IMG/VR virus record: IMGVR_UViG_3300024239_000013
Span: 255,335 to 319,334 of that record
Strand: one strand, 5' to 3'
Length of the DNA: 64,000 nt
Numbering within the stretch: the stretch's first letter is position 1; every line of letters starts with the position of its first letter. Shown here in pieces: positions 49,175 to 57,524 of this stretch. The translations under genes were made by a program, and so were the position numbers. The notes beneath the pieces are model-generated. The model saw nothing but the letters and a program-made list of their open reading frames with translations. It had not been told where the DNA came from and made no database searches.

Positions 49175-50195
49175 GGTAAGCGGATACCTCTTCTTGTCCG
49201 CACAATTCGCACTTTTGTTTAACGGTTAATTCAGTTCCCAATTTTATTCTTTCGGAAAGCTCAAAATATAAACTATATTCTTCTTTTGTCCAATAATCAG
49301 ATTCCCTCATTTTGAACATTATTTTTTCAGTTGTTAAATCTCTCCACTCTTCAAATAGGAAAGGTGATATTTTAAGGAATCCCTCATCTATTTCTATTCC
49401 TTTTTTAACTGAATCTGCCACAAACTTAGATATTGCTTTAGTAACTCCTATGCTAGGTATAAACATTTCTATTTTTTTACCAATTCTCTTAACATCAAAA
49501 ACAAAAGATCTAGTTTCCGGATTATAATATTCCATTATTTTTTCATCAAGTTCATATGAACTTAAAACGCCGGTTCTTAATTCTATTCCATCCTTATATG
49601 GACACTGTGGATTATTACCACATTCCTTATTTAAAGGAAGAATTATCGAATTCTCTCCTTTTACAAAAGTAAGATCCCTGATTGCCATTATAACAAAAAA
49701 TCTATCCTCCTGCTTAAGATCCATATATGAAACTACTCCTTCCCCTGGAAAATCGATTCTTAGACATCTGTCCAAGATATAGCTAAGCTTATCTTCTACG
49801 TCAAGTCTATCTTCGTCATCAATAGTCGAGAAATGTCTTATCTCTCTTACCTCAGCAGATCTTATAGCTAATTTAGATCCATCGGGATAAAAAAGACCCA
49901 TTGAAGGAAGTATTTCAACTGGAAGATTTTTCCAACCAGTATCAAAAGCTGGAGAAGCTGATTGTGCCTTACCAAAACTATTAACTAGTGGTTCCTCCGA
50001 ATTTAAACTAGATTCTAGTTTTATCGGTTCCTTTCTGATTAGATTATCAGGGATGTTAATTTGTTTTGACTGATCTATTTCTACTCCAACTACTGAACTT
50101 TGCATATTTTCGTTAGAAGTTACCGGATCATCATAAACTATTCCTCCTGACAATTCCTTATTCTTTAGAATTTCTTCTGGTGATATGTTATCCAT
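49110..50195 (-). CDS. gp26-like baseplate/tail assembly chaperone
   Basis: LPS.G.FYP, D.KQEDRFFVIMAIRDLTF, C-terminal KCELCG. Confidence 0.7.
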   Translation of the reverse strand: MDNISPEEILKNKELSGGIVYDDPVTSNENMQSSVVGVEIDQSKQINIPDNLIRKEPIKLESSLNSEEPLVNSFGKAQSASPAFDTGWKNLPVEILPSMGLFYPDGSKLAIRSAEVREIRHFSTIDDEDRLDVEDKLSYILDRCLRIDFPGEGVVSYMDLKQEDRFFVIMAIRDLTFVKGENSIILPLNKECGNNPQCPYKDGIELRTGVLSSYELDEKIMEYYNPETRSFVFDVKRIGKKIEMFIPSIGVTKAISKFVADSVKKGIEIDEGFLKISPFLFEEWRDLTTEKIMFKMRESDYWTKEEYSLYFELSERIKLGTELTVKQKCELCGQEEVSAYLAFPRGIRSLFVISDIFRELL

Positions 50196-50228
50196 AATTT
50201 TTTATTTATTCATTATATAACCAAAAAC

Positions 50229-50261
50229 AAAAAAAGAGACCAAAATTGATCTCTTTTTTTT
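50229..50261 (-). terminator. Intrinsic terminator after the tail tube genes
   Basis: AGAGATCA-attt-TGGTCTCT plus T run on - strand. Confidence 0.75.
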
Positions 50262-50285
50262 ATATAATTTAAAAAAATTATCAAA

Positions 50286-50861
50286 TTACAAGAAAAGGTC
50301 TTCCCAATAATCACAAACCCAACTAGTTGTTATTGTATAGATAGTTGCTTGTTCATAGTCTAGTTCCATGGGATTTATAGCTTCACTCAAGAAACATGAG
50401 GGTATTCTTATTCTCCTAAAAACATCCCCTCTTTTATTAAAGATTGATATTGAGATAGATCCTACATAGTCTGCTTTTATCCCCATTGCACCTGTAAGAG
50501 GATTATAAATTAAATCTGACCATTGTCTAAGTATTTTATAAACGCTCATCGAATTAGCATCATTTAAGTTAACCTCAAATTCCATGGTCAATGTCATATC
50601 ACTTTGAGAAGGTTCTCCCCCTGCATATCTTCTTGTTGCAAACTTATAGTTTTGGTTAATAGTCTGTGCAGGAGCAATATCAACAGCTAACCCTGTTATA
50701 GATTTAACTTGTTGTGCTAATATTCCCTCCCCATTAAATGCCGTTGTTGCATCTAAAATACCAGCAGGAGGATTTATAATAACTTCAAACTGGTTCAAAA
50801 ATACCGGTTCATAGTTATTTATTGCTGCTTTAGAATTCGTAAAATGTGGTAATCCTGCCAT
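50286..50861 (-). CDS. Tail tube protein paralog 2 (gp19-like)
   Basis: MAGLPHF, LRQWSDLIYNPLTG, W.CDYWEDLFL. Confidence 0.85.
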   Translation of the reverse strand: MAGLPHFTNSKAAINNYEPVFLNQFEVIINPPAGILDATTAFNGEGILAQQVKSITGLAVDIAPAQTINQNYKFATRRYAGGEPSQSDMTLTMEFEVNLNDANSMSVYKILRQWSDLIYNPLTGAMGIKADYVGSISISIFNKRGDVFRRIRIPSCFLSEAINPMELDYEQATIYTITTSWVCDYWEDLFL

Positions 50862-50878
50862 TTATTATTTTTAATTTT

Positions 50879-51433
50879 TTATAGGAATAAATCTTCCCAA
50901 TAATCAACCGCCCAAGTCATATCGTCAATTTTATATAAATCGGTAGAGGTATAATTTAAATTCATAGGAGATATTGGTTTAGTAGGAAAGCAATCCTTAC
51001 ATGTTATTCTTCTAAAAACGTCTCCTTGTTTATTAAAAATCGATATAACTATAGTTCCCGTATAGTCGCTTTTAATGCCCATTGCACCAGTCAATGGATT
51101 ATAAATCAAATCTGACCATTGTCTTAATGTTTTGAAAACATACATAGAGTTAGCATCATTAAGGTTTACAGTAAAACTTAAACTAACGTCCATAAATGTA
51201 TTTTCGGGTTTAGCTCCAGCATAATTTCTTTTAGCAAATTTATACTTTTGGCTAGTTACTCCGGGATTCTTATCTAAAGAAAGTCCGCTAACCTTAGTAA
51301 CATGTTGGAGTAATATTTCACCACCAGCTACAGCAGCAGGAGGTATTATTGTTACCTCGAACTGGTTCAGATAAACAGGTTCAAATTTGTTTATAGCTGA
51401 AAGTGAATTTTGAAAATGTGATAGTCCTGCCAT
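50879..51433 (-). CDS. Tail tube protein paralog 1 (gp19-like)
   Basis: MAGLSHF, LRQWSDLIYNPLTG, WAVDYWEDLFL. Confidence 0.85.
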   Translation of the reverse strand: MAGLSHFQNSLSAINKFEPVYLNQFEVTIIPPAAVAGGEILLQHVTKVSGLSLDKNPGVTSQKYKFAKRNYAGAKPENTFMDVSLSFTVNLNDANSMYVFKTLRQWSDLIYNPLTGAMGIKSDYTGTIVISIFNKQGDVFRRITCKDCFPTKPISPMNLNYTSTDLYKIDDMTWAVDYWEDLFL

Positions 51434-51440
51434 AGTTAGT

Positions 51441-51450
51441 TATATTTATC
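51441..51450 (-). promoter_or_regulatory. Late-promoter variant GATAAATATA
   Basis: 7 nt upstream of the tube ATG 51433. Confidence 0.5.
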
Positions 51451-51477
51451 TTTACTTATGAAAATCATCAAATTACA

Positions 51478-54400
51478 TTATACAAATTGTATAAATCCTC
51501 CTGATGATATTCCTCCTGTTTTACTAACAGTAAGTCTGTTGATGAATTTTTGAATTCCTTTTGCAGGTTCAACAATAACATCAATTATACCCATATTCAT
51601 ATCTATGATTGAAGGGGTGTTATTAGAAGCATCCATAATAGTCTGATATGCATAAATACCTCCTCCTGCTCTAACTCCATCAAGATAATTATCAACTAAA
51701 GTTTTTATCTCAAGTCTGATTGTGTCTTCATTGAAATCAAAAAGATAATTAGCTAGAATTTCTTGTACGTCAGTTTCGATACTAATTAAAAGATCTCTAA
51801 CATGTATAAGATTAAAAGCAGAGTTAACTTGTTGATAAGCAGTTTGGTTACCATAGATGGCTACACCAACCCCTCTTCTTTTTATAATTGGATTGATACC
51901 AAAAGGCTCTAAATTACCTCTATCTTCTTCATCGAAATCATATTCAACCCCTACTATATTAGATCCGCTTATTAAACCTCTTTTTTGACCAGCAATGATA
52001 GCATAAGGTTCTCCGTTAGAAAATTTTCTAAGGAAATTGTTAGAAACAAATGCTGCAGGAGGAACGTTTATATTTCTATTTCCCTCTCTTACTGTTATGT
52101 ATGGAGCATAGAAACCACAGAATTTAGCTCCATCTTCTTCGCTAGGTAAGCTGAAAGTGTAGGTTGGATTTAATGATAAATTACCTCCTTCCGTAATATA
52201 AGCTGTATTTAGCTTAGGATATGGGTTTACAGAAGTAGGAGCATCGGTAAATCTAGGGTCTGTACTAGCTCTAAATTGTTCCATAGAAGGAGCATTTATA
52301 ATAGCAAGTGCTTGTTGTCTTAGTTTAGCAAGTCTACTTAATTGATATTTAGAATTAGGTAGAATTTGACCAGAGAATGTGTCTACAATATATCTAAATG
52401 ATATAACGTCTTTAGAGGATAAAGTTTTAGCTATGTTTGTGTTGTACATAACATCTAAAATCTCTGATATTCTCGCGTCTGTTCCGTTAGGTCTATGCCA
52501 ATCATTCATACTAAATCCTGAAAGATATGAGAAATCAAAAGATCTAGTAAATTGAGCAATAGATGCAAATTTTTGAACTCTGACCCCATTAGCAGTAGAA
52601 TAGTATAATACAGGTCTTGAAGAAACTACTTTATAAATACCTGCTGTACTAGTTCTTGAAACTGATGTAATTTTAGCTAATCTATTTTGTCTGTTTCCAT
52701 TAACATTTTCACAAACATCCAAGTCTGTAGATACTACCAAGTCACCTACAGAAAATGGAACATTACCGTTCAAATCTAATCCAATAGTGAACGTATTAAC
52801 ATCTATTCTTGTACAATCAATAAATTGATTAATGGAACCATTTTTAGAAACGATATCAAATTTCTGAGTGTCTACTGGATATCCAATATTATCTGAAGCA
52901 TATGTCGTGCCAAAAGAAGGAACGTCTGTTATCGTAGCATCATCTAGATCTACATTGCTATAAGCCCTAGTATAAACTAGATTAAATTGGTCTCTATCTA
53001 CTGTAGATTCAAACCCCAAATATCTAACTTGCGTTCCTGCAGAGTTAATCCAAGCAAGATCCCCTGTAGTAATTTCCGAATATTTATGATCCTGATAAAG
53101 TTGGGATGCATTATAAGCTAAGATTGCATTAGAAATACCCAAAGGTGCTCCAGGCCCAGTTATTCCATTAGGTGTAAATATACTTTCTATATTAACATAA
53201 TCCGAATTACCAAATTGATAAGCTTTAGCGTAGAACGGTTGGCTACTTCCCGATGCTCCTGTATTATAAGAATTTAAATTATAAGTAGGGGTAACGGTTA
53301 TACCCTGAGATCTATAGAAAGGAGTATCTAAAGGATGTGTGAAATAAATTCTAAGTGCTCCAGAAACCTCCTTAGTTCCAGTAACTTTAAGTTTAACTAT
53401 ACTTGCTTCAGAGAATTGATTTATTAATGCACCTGTTAATCCCCCAGTGTATCCTGAAACTACTCCTAGTATAAATTTCTGATCGTTTGAAGAGGTAACA
53501 CTTAAGAAACTTTTAAGTTCAGCAACATCTGTATTATTTTGGATGTAACCTGCGGTAACACCATAAGTAGTTTTAGTTTGCAAATAATGTAAACCACTAT
53601 CATAAGCAGAAGGATCATAGATTTCAAAAGAATCAGAAACGATCCCTGCAGTAGCTCCTTCGGAACCGGTTAAAGTAAATAAAGTACCAACTTTAGTTCC
53701 TGTAGTAAATACAGTTGCTCCAGTTGGACTAGTAAATCCAGTAGCACCAGTTACACCAACTACTTTTTGAGAGTATAAGTAATCTGCAACTAAAACCTGG
53801 TCATAACTTAAGAAATTGATCTTTGGTGTTTTAAGGTCTCTGTCTCCTGTTAATTCATCAATTAAGTGGTTACCAACTAAATCTATTCTAGATGTATTTT
53901 GACAAATGCTATCAAATGCTTGTTCATCAATAGCACAGAATAACCCAGTTGACGGAGTATTATTATTAACTAGTGTTTGTATATACTGATTAACTCCATT
54001 TAAATCAACGAAATCTGGAATTATACATCCAGTAACATTCGTAACAATAGAAACATCAGGATCGTTTAGAAATTGATCAATTCTATCTTTTATAAATCCA
54101 TTATTGGTAAAATATTTACTCCATTTCGGATCTATTGAAAGTGCTTGATAATTTGTCCAGTTACCATAAACTGCTATAACATCAATAAAATAATCAGATA
54201 TGTAATCATAAGGGTGCATGAAACTAGGAACATTATCAGCACCATACCAATCTATTGCGAAAATATCATAACCTTTAAGCGGCTTATTAGAATCTGTAGA
54301 TTTTCTAACTATTACGCTCATAGGTGATTTACCGAGATTCGTTAAATTAAACAATTTACCTTGGTCTTCTACGCTTAGTGTTGCAAGGAAATAATTTGGA

Positions 54401-54831
54401 TCTGCAAACCAGAATCTCTCCTTATTATAATAAGAAGAATAAAGTCTGCTTGTTACAACACCATTATTTTCTTCAGTGTCAATTGAATATGATTGATATG
54501 TTGCTTTATCTGGGTTAGATGATTCTTCGTCGTCATTTAATCTTAATAGATTTAACGCAAAGACTGGTCCAGTATTTAGACATGTTAATATTGACCTTTG
54601 AAAGAAAGATCCTTTATTTTCTAGTGATCTATCGACGTCACCGAAAATAGATATAAGAGTTGTTACGTCTGGAATATAGACTGGTGTATTGAACGGTCCC
54701 TTATTAGAGAATCCTACAACTAATCTGATAGTCTGAGATGTTAATATTACATTTTGAGTTGTCTCAAATTCCAATGTATAAACTCCAGATGCTCTAAATT
54801 GAGAGTAGTCTATTTTTACCTTATTTGCCAT
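51478..54831 (-). CDS. gp18: Contractile tail sheath (gp18-like) with large insertion
   Basis: SGVYTLE, GFS.KGPFNTP, VPPAAFV, GINPI, GNQT, IHVRDLLI, VEPAKGI. Confidence 0.92.
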   Translation of the reverse strand: MANKVKIDYSQFRASGVYTLEFETTQNVILTSQTIRLVVGFSNKGPFNTPVYIPDVTTLISIFGDVDRSLENKGSFFQRSILTCLNTGPVFALNLLRLNDDEESSNPDKATYQSYSIDTEENNGVVTSRLYSSYYNKERFWFADPNYFLATLSVEDQGKLFNLTNLGKSPMSVIVRKSTDSNKPLKGYDIFAIDWYGADNVPSFMHPYDYISDYFIDVIAVYGNWTNYQALSIDPKWSKYFTNNGFIKDRIDQFLNDPDVSIVTNVTGCIIPDFVDLNGVNQYIQTLVNNNTPSTGLFCAIDEQAFDSICQNTSRIDLVGNHLIDELTGDRDLKTPKINFLSYDQVLVADYLYSQKVVGVTGATGFTSPTGATVFTTGTKVGTLFTLTGSEGATAGIVSDSFEIYDPSAYDSGLHYLQTKTTYGVTAGYIQNNTDVAELKSFLSVTSSNDQKFILGVVSGYTGGLTGALINQFSEASIVKLKVTGTKEVSGALRIYFTHPLDTPFYRSQGITVTPTYNLNSYNTGASGSSQPFYAKAYQFGNSDYVNIESIFTPNGITGPGAPLGISNAILAYNASQLYQDHKYSEITTGDLAWINSAGTQVRYLGFESTVDRDQFNLVYTRAYSNVDLDDATITDVPSFGTTYASDNIGYPVDTQKFDIVSKNGSINQFIDCTRIDVNTFTIGLDLNGNVPFSVGDLVVSTDLDVCENVNGNRQNRLAKITSVSRTSTAGIYKVVSSRPVLYYSTANGVRVQKFASIAQFTRSFDFSYLSGFSMNDWHRPNGTDARISEILDVMYNTNIAKTLSSKDVISFRYIVDTFSGQILPNSKYQLSRLAKLRQQALAIINAPSMEQFRASTDPRFTDAPTSVNPYPKLNTAYITEGGNLSLNPTYTFSLPSEEDGAKFCGFYAPYITVREGNRNINVPPAAFVSNNFLRKFSNGEPYAIIAGQKRGLISGSNIVGVEYDFDEEDRGNLEPFGINPIIKRRGVGVAIYGNQTAYQQVNSAFNLIHVRDLLISIETDVQEILANYLFDFNEDTIRLEIKTLVDNYLDGVRAGGGIYAYQTIMDASNNTPSIIDMNMGIIDVIVEPAKGIQKFINRLTVSKTGGISSGGFIQFV

Positions 54832-54860
54832 TATTTTTCAAGATATTTTTGCTTCATGTC

Positions 54861-54870
54861 TATATATCAA
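54861..54870 (-). promoter_or_regulatory. Late promoter TTGATATATA
   Basis: 29 nt upstream of the sheath ATG. Confidence 0.65.
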
Positions 54871-54913
54871 AAAAGAAAACGGAATTATTGGTAAGAGAGA
54901 TTAAATGGATATA

Positions 54914-56737
54914 TTACATGAGTTTACTAAAGTCTCCATAGCTCCTTCCTTCCTTAGTAGAAGGTCCCCTTTGTTCCTCATCAAACGACATTCCATCTTC
55001 GAGTTTACCGATAATAATATCCTTGTATGGATTATCTTCCATCTCATCAAAAACTTCTCCAATCAATTGATTGAAATCATATCCTTCGAAAAGACCAGAA
55101 AGATTTACTAAAGTCATTACAACATCGTCATGTCCACTTTGACTTGAGTATGTTCCTCTTGAATTTAATCCGAATGTAAAAAGCTCTGGTATGGTCCATT
55201 TCTTTTCATTGATTAGTATCTTGTCTGATTTAACTAAACTTCTGAGAACCTCACAGTATTTCATTTTGTTCTTTTCGTTGTATTTTATACCAGGTTTTAG
55301 AATCCTTGCACTTTCTGTGTGTTTGGTGAAGAGGAACATTTCATCGAAAAAGTCATCTCTTGATATCAGTTTATCATATAAAAGTTCACCCTTGAAGTTC
55401 ATTTCAAGTGCTATTTTAACTCTATCTACAGTGAAAACATCAGTACAAAGGAGTTGTAAGAGTTTAGTTAATTCTTCCAATTTTATTTCATTATCTCTAA
55501 ATACACCAACCTGTACAAGACCGAAGAAATCAGATTCATCATCAAACTCTTCAATTCTTTCTATAACAACTCTGGGTAAAGGAACAATCTTAAGTATATT
55601 AATTACGGTAAAGTCCCCACTCCCACCTGCGCTAAGATCTACAGATAAAACAAATTTTTTACCTGGTCGGTCGCATTTATCGAGATTAAATTTTGGATGC
55701 CATATCAGATTCTCGTAGTTTATTCCGCTATCATGTAAACACTCAATCTCTCTCCAGATGTACTCAACCTCATTTTTTCTAATCTTTCTAAGCTCGCTAG
55801 AGCCTAATAATAAACTAGACGAACTTAAAAATTGATTCCCATATTCCTGATTAAAAAGTTCCTCGCTACCAAGGTTACCAATTTCTTTCTGTTTCCACTC
55901 TTCGTCTCTACCTGGAACCTGCCACCAATCAACACGGATTGGATTAAAGCTATTCTCCCCTGTTAGTGCTCCCTGGTATATCTCATAGAACTTATTCATT
56001 CCATTAGGAGTTGAAGTAATAATAATTCTGGAGACTTTAGACGAAGAAACAGTTGGGTATGTAGATCTAAAGAAAGCTTCTATAAAGTTGGGATTAATGT
56101 GAGCAAATTCATCCATGTATAGAAAGTGTATCGTAAAACCAATACCCGACGTTTTTGTAGTTGTCTTAGCTAATACTCTGCATCCATTATCGAAACGCAT
56201 TGACATCACGTTATTCACCATTATACCTGGTTTAAGGAAGAATGGCAGACCTTTTATTATGGATTTAATCTTATCCATTAATTCTTCTGCTGTATCCCCT
56301 ACGTTCGCCAATATCATAGCGTTTTTATCATGATTGAAAAGAAGATACCAAACAAGTATTATAGAAGAAGTGATAGATTTACCAACTTGTCTGGGTGCTA
56401 GAAAAACATTAAATCTATTGCTCTGGTATTCTCTAAGAACCGATTCCTGATAGTCTCTAAGTCTAATATATTCTAATCCAGTATCAGTCATTACTTTACA
56501 ATATTTAGCAAAGTAGGTAACGTCCTCTGCACATTTTTTCATTTCAAGAATTTCCTCTTTGGTATACTCCCAAAGAATATTTGCTCTTTTTAGTTCTGGA
56601 TTATTATCATGAAATGGATTCTCGACACTTTTATAGTCAAGTCCTTCTTCATCAACTCTTCTTAAAAGTTCGTCAATTCTTGCAGTAGTCCAATATGTAG
56701 TTTCTTGTTGGACCCCATTTTCTAATAATTCTGCCAT
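54914..56737 (-). CDS. terL: Terminase large subunit (gp17-like)
   Basis: APRQVGKS, LYMDEFAHI, IITSTPNG, SVDLSAG.SGDFT, HDDVVM. Confidence 0.95.
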   Translation of the reverse strand: MAELLENGVQQETTYWTTARIDELLRRVDEEGLDYKSVENPFHDNNPELKRANILWEYTKEEILEMKKCAEDVTYFAKYCKVMTDTGLEYIRLRDYQESVLREYQSNRFNVFLAPRQVGKSITSSIILVWYLLFNHDKNAMILANVGDTAEELMDKIKSIIKGLPFFLKPGIMVNNVMSMRFDNGCRVLAKTTTKTSGIGFTIHFLYMDEFAHINPNFIEAFFRSTYPTVSSSKVSRIIITSTPNGMNKFYEIYQGALTGENSFNPIRVDWWQVPGRDEEWKQKEIGNLGSEELFNQEYGNQFLSSSSLLLGSSELRKIRKNEVEYIWREIECLHDSGINYENLIWHPKFNLDKCDRPGKKFVLSVDLSAGGSGDFTVINILKIVPLPRVVIERIEEFDDESDFFGLVQVGVFRDNEIKLEELTKLLQLLCTDVFTVDRVKIALEMNFKGELLYDKLISRDDFFDEMFLFTKHTESARILKPGIKYNEKNKMKYCEVLRSLVKSDKILINEKKWTIPELFTFGLNSRGTYSSQSGHDDVVMTLVNLSGLFEGYDFNQLIGEVFDEMEDNPYKDIIIGKLEDGMSFDEEQRGPSTKEGRSYGDFSKLM

Positions 56738-56738
56738 T

Positions 56739-57521
56739 TTATTCTAATATATCGTCCTCTATTTCAAACTCTTCAGGATCTTCGTAATTATCATCATCCT
56801 TTCTATTCGGATTCTGTGCATCTATTAATTTTTTTTCTCTTGCATTAACAACTGAGTTGGGATCTACTATTTCCGGTTTAATGTCAACTATTTCAGACCC
56901 TATTATATCTCTAAGACCCTCCATAATTCCTCTAGTTCCTCTGGATCTCAATCCTTCACTTGAACTTGAAGCTATATATGTCGTACCATCAGAATCTGAA
57001 GTTTGATCTAATACCATCCCTCCAGAGTGTCTTTTTTCGTCTATTTCTATCTTCGTCTTTTTATAATTCTGTTCCATTTTTTCCAGATAGTTCTGGTAAT
57101 CCTTCGGCATCTGCATTATCTGAGATTGTAATTGGGCCAATACTTCAAATAATCTTGGATGCATATTACCAAGATCAATCTCTTCCAATATTTTTGTTAT
57201 TGCATGCTGTGCAGACTTTAGCTGAAACATCATAGCAGATAGATTTAAAGTGTCCGCTTTTTTCTTAAACTCCACATGAGATCCAGATGCTTGATCCAAA
57301 TCCACATAAAATTTCGTAATCGAATCCATTAAAGCCTTCGCCTCGGTTAAAGCTGTAGATTTTTCTCCAGCAATATCCATCATTTCGGTGGTCTTTAGTC
57401 TAGGAAGCTCATCAGTATCAGGAAGTATATTTTCCAAAGCTTCCTCCATTATAATGGAATCTAAACTTTCCTTAATCTTTTCCTGTACTACTTTTTCTGG
57501 TTTTGGTTTTCTTCTTGGCAT
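56739..57521 (-). CDS. Putative terminase small subunit
   Basis: Helical 260-aa ORF directly upstream of terL; position-based call only. Confidence 0.4.
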   Translation of the reverse strand: MPRRKPKPEKVVQEKIKESLDSIIMEEALENILPDTDELPRLKTTEMMDIAGEKSTALTEAKALMDSITKFYVDLDQASGSHVEFKKKADTLNLSAMMFQLKSAQHAITKILEEIDLGNMHPRLFEVLAQLQSQIMQMPKDYQNYLEKMEQNYKKTKIEIDEKRHSGGMVLDQTSDSDGTTYIASSSSEGLRSRGTRGIMEGLRDIIGSEIVDIKPEIVDPNSVVNAREKKLIDAQNPNRKDDDNYEDPEEFEIEDDILE

Positions 57522-57524
57522 ATA

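Noticed and set aside
54914-56737. Intein or intron in terminase (also checked ligase, clamp loader and capsid)
   Set aside because: Lengths and motif spacing are normal; no splice-junction or endonuclease motifs seen
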